64,000 nucleotides of DNA, taken from NCBI GenBank assembly GCA_963848295.1, contig CAWKDB010000010.1:4640001-4704000 (forward strand), in the 5' to 3' direction. This DNA comes from an uncultured delta proteobacterium. Its GTDB lineage: Bacteria > Myxococcota_A > Polyangia > Haliangiales > Haliangiaceae. Shown here in pieces: positions 62,869 through 64,000 of this stretch. A program made the position numbers and the translations under genes. A model generated the notes under the pieces. The model was not told the origin of the DNA. It made no database searches and worked only from the letters and a program-made list of their open reading frames with translations. How positions within the stretch are numbered: position 1 is the first letter of the stretch; each line of letters begins with the position of its first letter.

Positions 62869-64000
62869 CTACTGAATGATCGCCCCGCACGGGAACTGCG
62901 CGTCGAGCGTCGGGTTCGTCGCATTCTTGAAGTTCGTGCACGCCTGGCCGATCAGCTGGAGCGACGTGCCGTTGACGGTCCAGTCGGTGCCGTACGTCAG
63001 CATCATGCCGTTGAACGTGACCGTGCCCTCGGACGCGTGCATCGGATCGACGTTGCCGCTGATCGTCAGGTTGCACGACAGCACGCCGTTGATGATCGCG
63101 TCGAGACCGGTCGACAGCTGCGCCGCATTATCCGCGGTGTAGTACGGCGAGCACCCCGTGCAGTTCGGATTCTGACCGGTCGCCACGCCGGTACCTGCGT
63201 TCGCGACGTCCTGCAGGTACTGGTTCGCGATGCCCGCGAGGCCGATCACGAACGTCTGGATGCCAGCGGTGTAGGCGGCTTTTACCGCGGTGATCGACGG
63301 GCCATTACCGCCGCCGCCGCCGCACGAGTTTGGCTGGCCATCGGTGGCCAACAGGATGATCGGGGGCGAGCCGGAGGGCGGCGGGGTCGCTGCGAAGTCA
63401 GCGATCGCCATATCGATCGCCGAGGCGGTCGGCGTGCTGCCGCCGTTGGGCTGGTCGTTGTTGGTCAGCGTCGCCAGCATCGCGGAGTTGTTGAGCGCGC
63501 GCCCCGTCGAGTAACCGGTGATGCCGAGCGTGCCCGGCGTGTTGCCCGACGGATCGGTGCACGGCGACTGATCGCCGGCGAACATGATCTCGCCGAAGTA
63601 GACGTTGGCCTGCGTCGCGGTGACCGCACCGGTCGCGGTGGTGGTGCCGTTGTCGGCGCCGAACAACCCGTTCTGCAGCGCCTGGAAGCGCGACGGGGTG
63701 ATGTCTTTCATCGTCATCGAGCCACTGCGATCGAGCACGAGATCGATCGAAGGCGTCGTCACCATCGGCGTGAAGTGGAGGTCGGGGCACGCGCTGTCGA
63801 TGCCGCCATCGCCGTTGTCCGGGTTCGGGTCGCACACGCCGTCGGCGGTGCAGGTGCCGTCACCGCACTGGCCGCCGCCTTGCGTGCATTGTGCGTCGCA
63901 GTGGCCGTCGGGATCGCAGTAGAAACCCGAAGGGCAGGTCGCGGCGGCACCCGGTGACGGGTCGCAGGCGATCATGCACGCCGCGGGCGGCGGGACCTCC
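62869..64000 (-). CDS. von Willebrand factor A domain protein with Cys-rich N-terminus (5' partial)
   Basis: LVLDRSGSM (MIDAS), GGSTPT, ILLATDGQPN, TFVIGL; frame open to the window edge. Confidence 0.88.
   Translation of the reverse strand, partial: EVPPPAACMIACDPSPGAAATCPSGFYCDPDGHCDAQCTQGGGQCGDGTCTADGVCDPNPDNGDGGIDSACPDLHFTPMVTTPSIDLVLDRSGSMTMKDITPSRFQALQNGLFGADNGTTTATGAVTATQANVYFGEIMFAGDQSPCTDPSGNTPGTLGITGYSTGRALNNSAMLATLTNNDQPNGGSTPTASAIDMAIADFAATPPPSGSPPIILLATDGQPNSCGGGGGNGPSITAVKAAYTAGIQTFVIGLAGIANQYLQDVANAGTGVATGQNPNCTGCSPYYTADNAAQLSTGLDAIINGVLSCNLTISGNVDPMHASEGTVTFNGMMLTYGTDWTVNGTSLQLIGQACTNFKNATNPTLDAQFPCGAIIQ

Overview
High-GC (roughly 70%) bacterial chromosomal DNA, very probably Myxococcota (Kofleriaceae/Haliangiales-like). 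The evidence is MYXO-CTERM-type Cys-rich secreted proteins, an AglRQS-like TolQ/ExbD motor operon, three Hanks-type Ser/Thr kinases and many lipoproteins. The window holds about 55 CDS and two tRNAs (Arg-TCT, Pro-TGG). I saw no rRNA, integrase, transposase or true CRISPR array. Several genes at 22.4-38.5 kb carry single-base frameshifts that look like long-read or assembly errors. Main observations: (1) a lipoprotein made only of the two periplasmic loops of an RND pump, with all transmembrane helices removed; (2) a stand-alone tandem PARP-type zinc-finger protein, in a window that also encodes LigC, a Prim-Pol with a SPOR-like tail and a truncated second Prim-Pol; (3) TANNNT -10 boxes 5-9 nt upstream of about 20 start codons, which suggests widespread leaderless transcription; (4) a MidA/NDUFAF7-like methyltransferase with two N-terminal RRE/PqqD-like domains; (5) a sigma54-driven EF-hand/sensor kinase/NtrC module; (6) an orphan AglQ paralog and a hairpin over the aglQ RBS. 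All calls come from reading motifs by eye; no database search was run.
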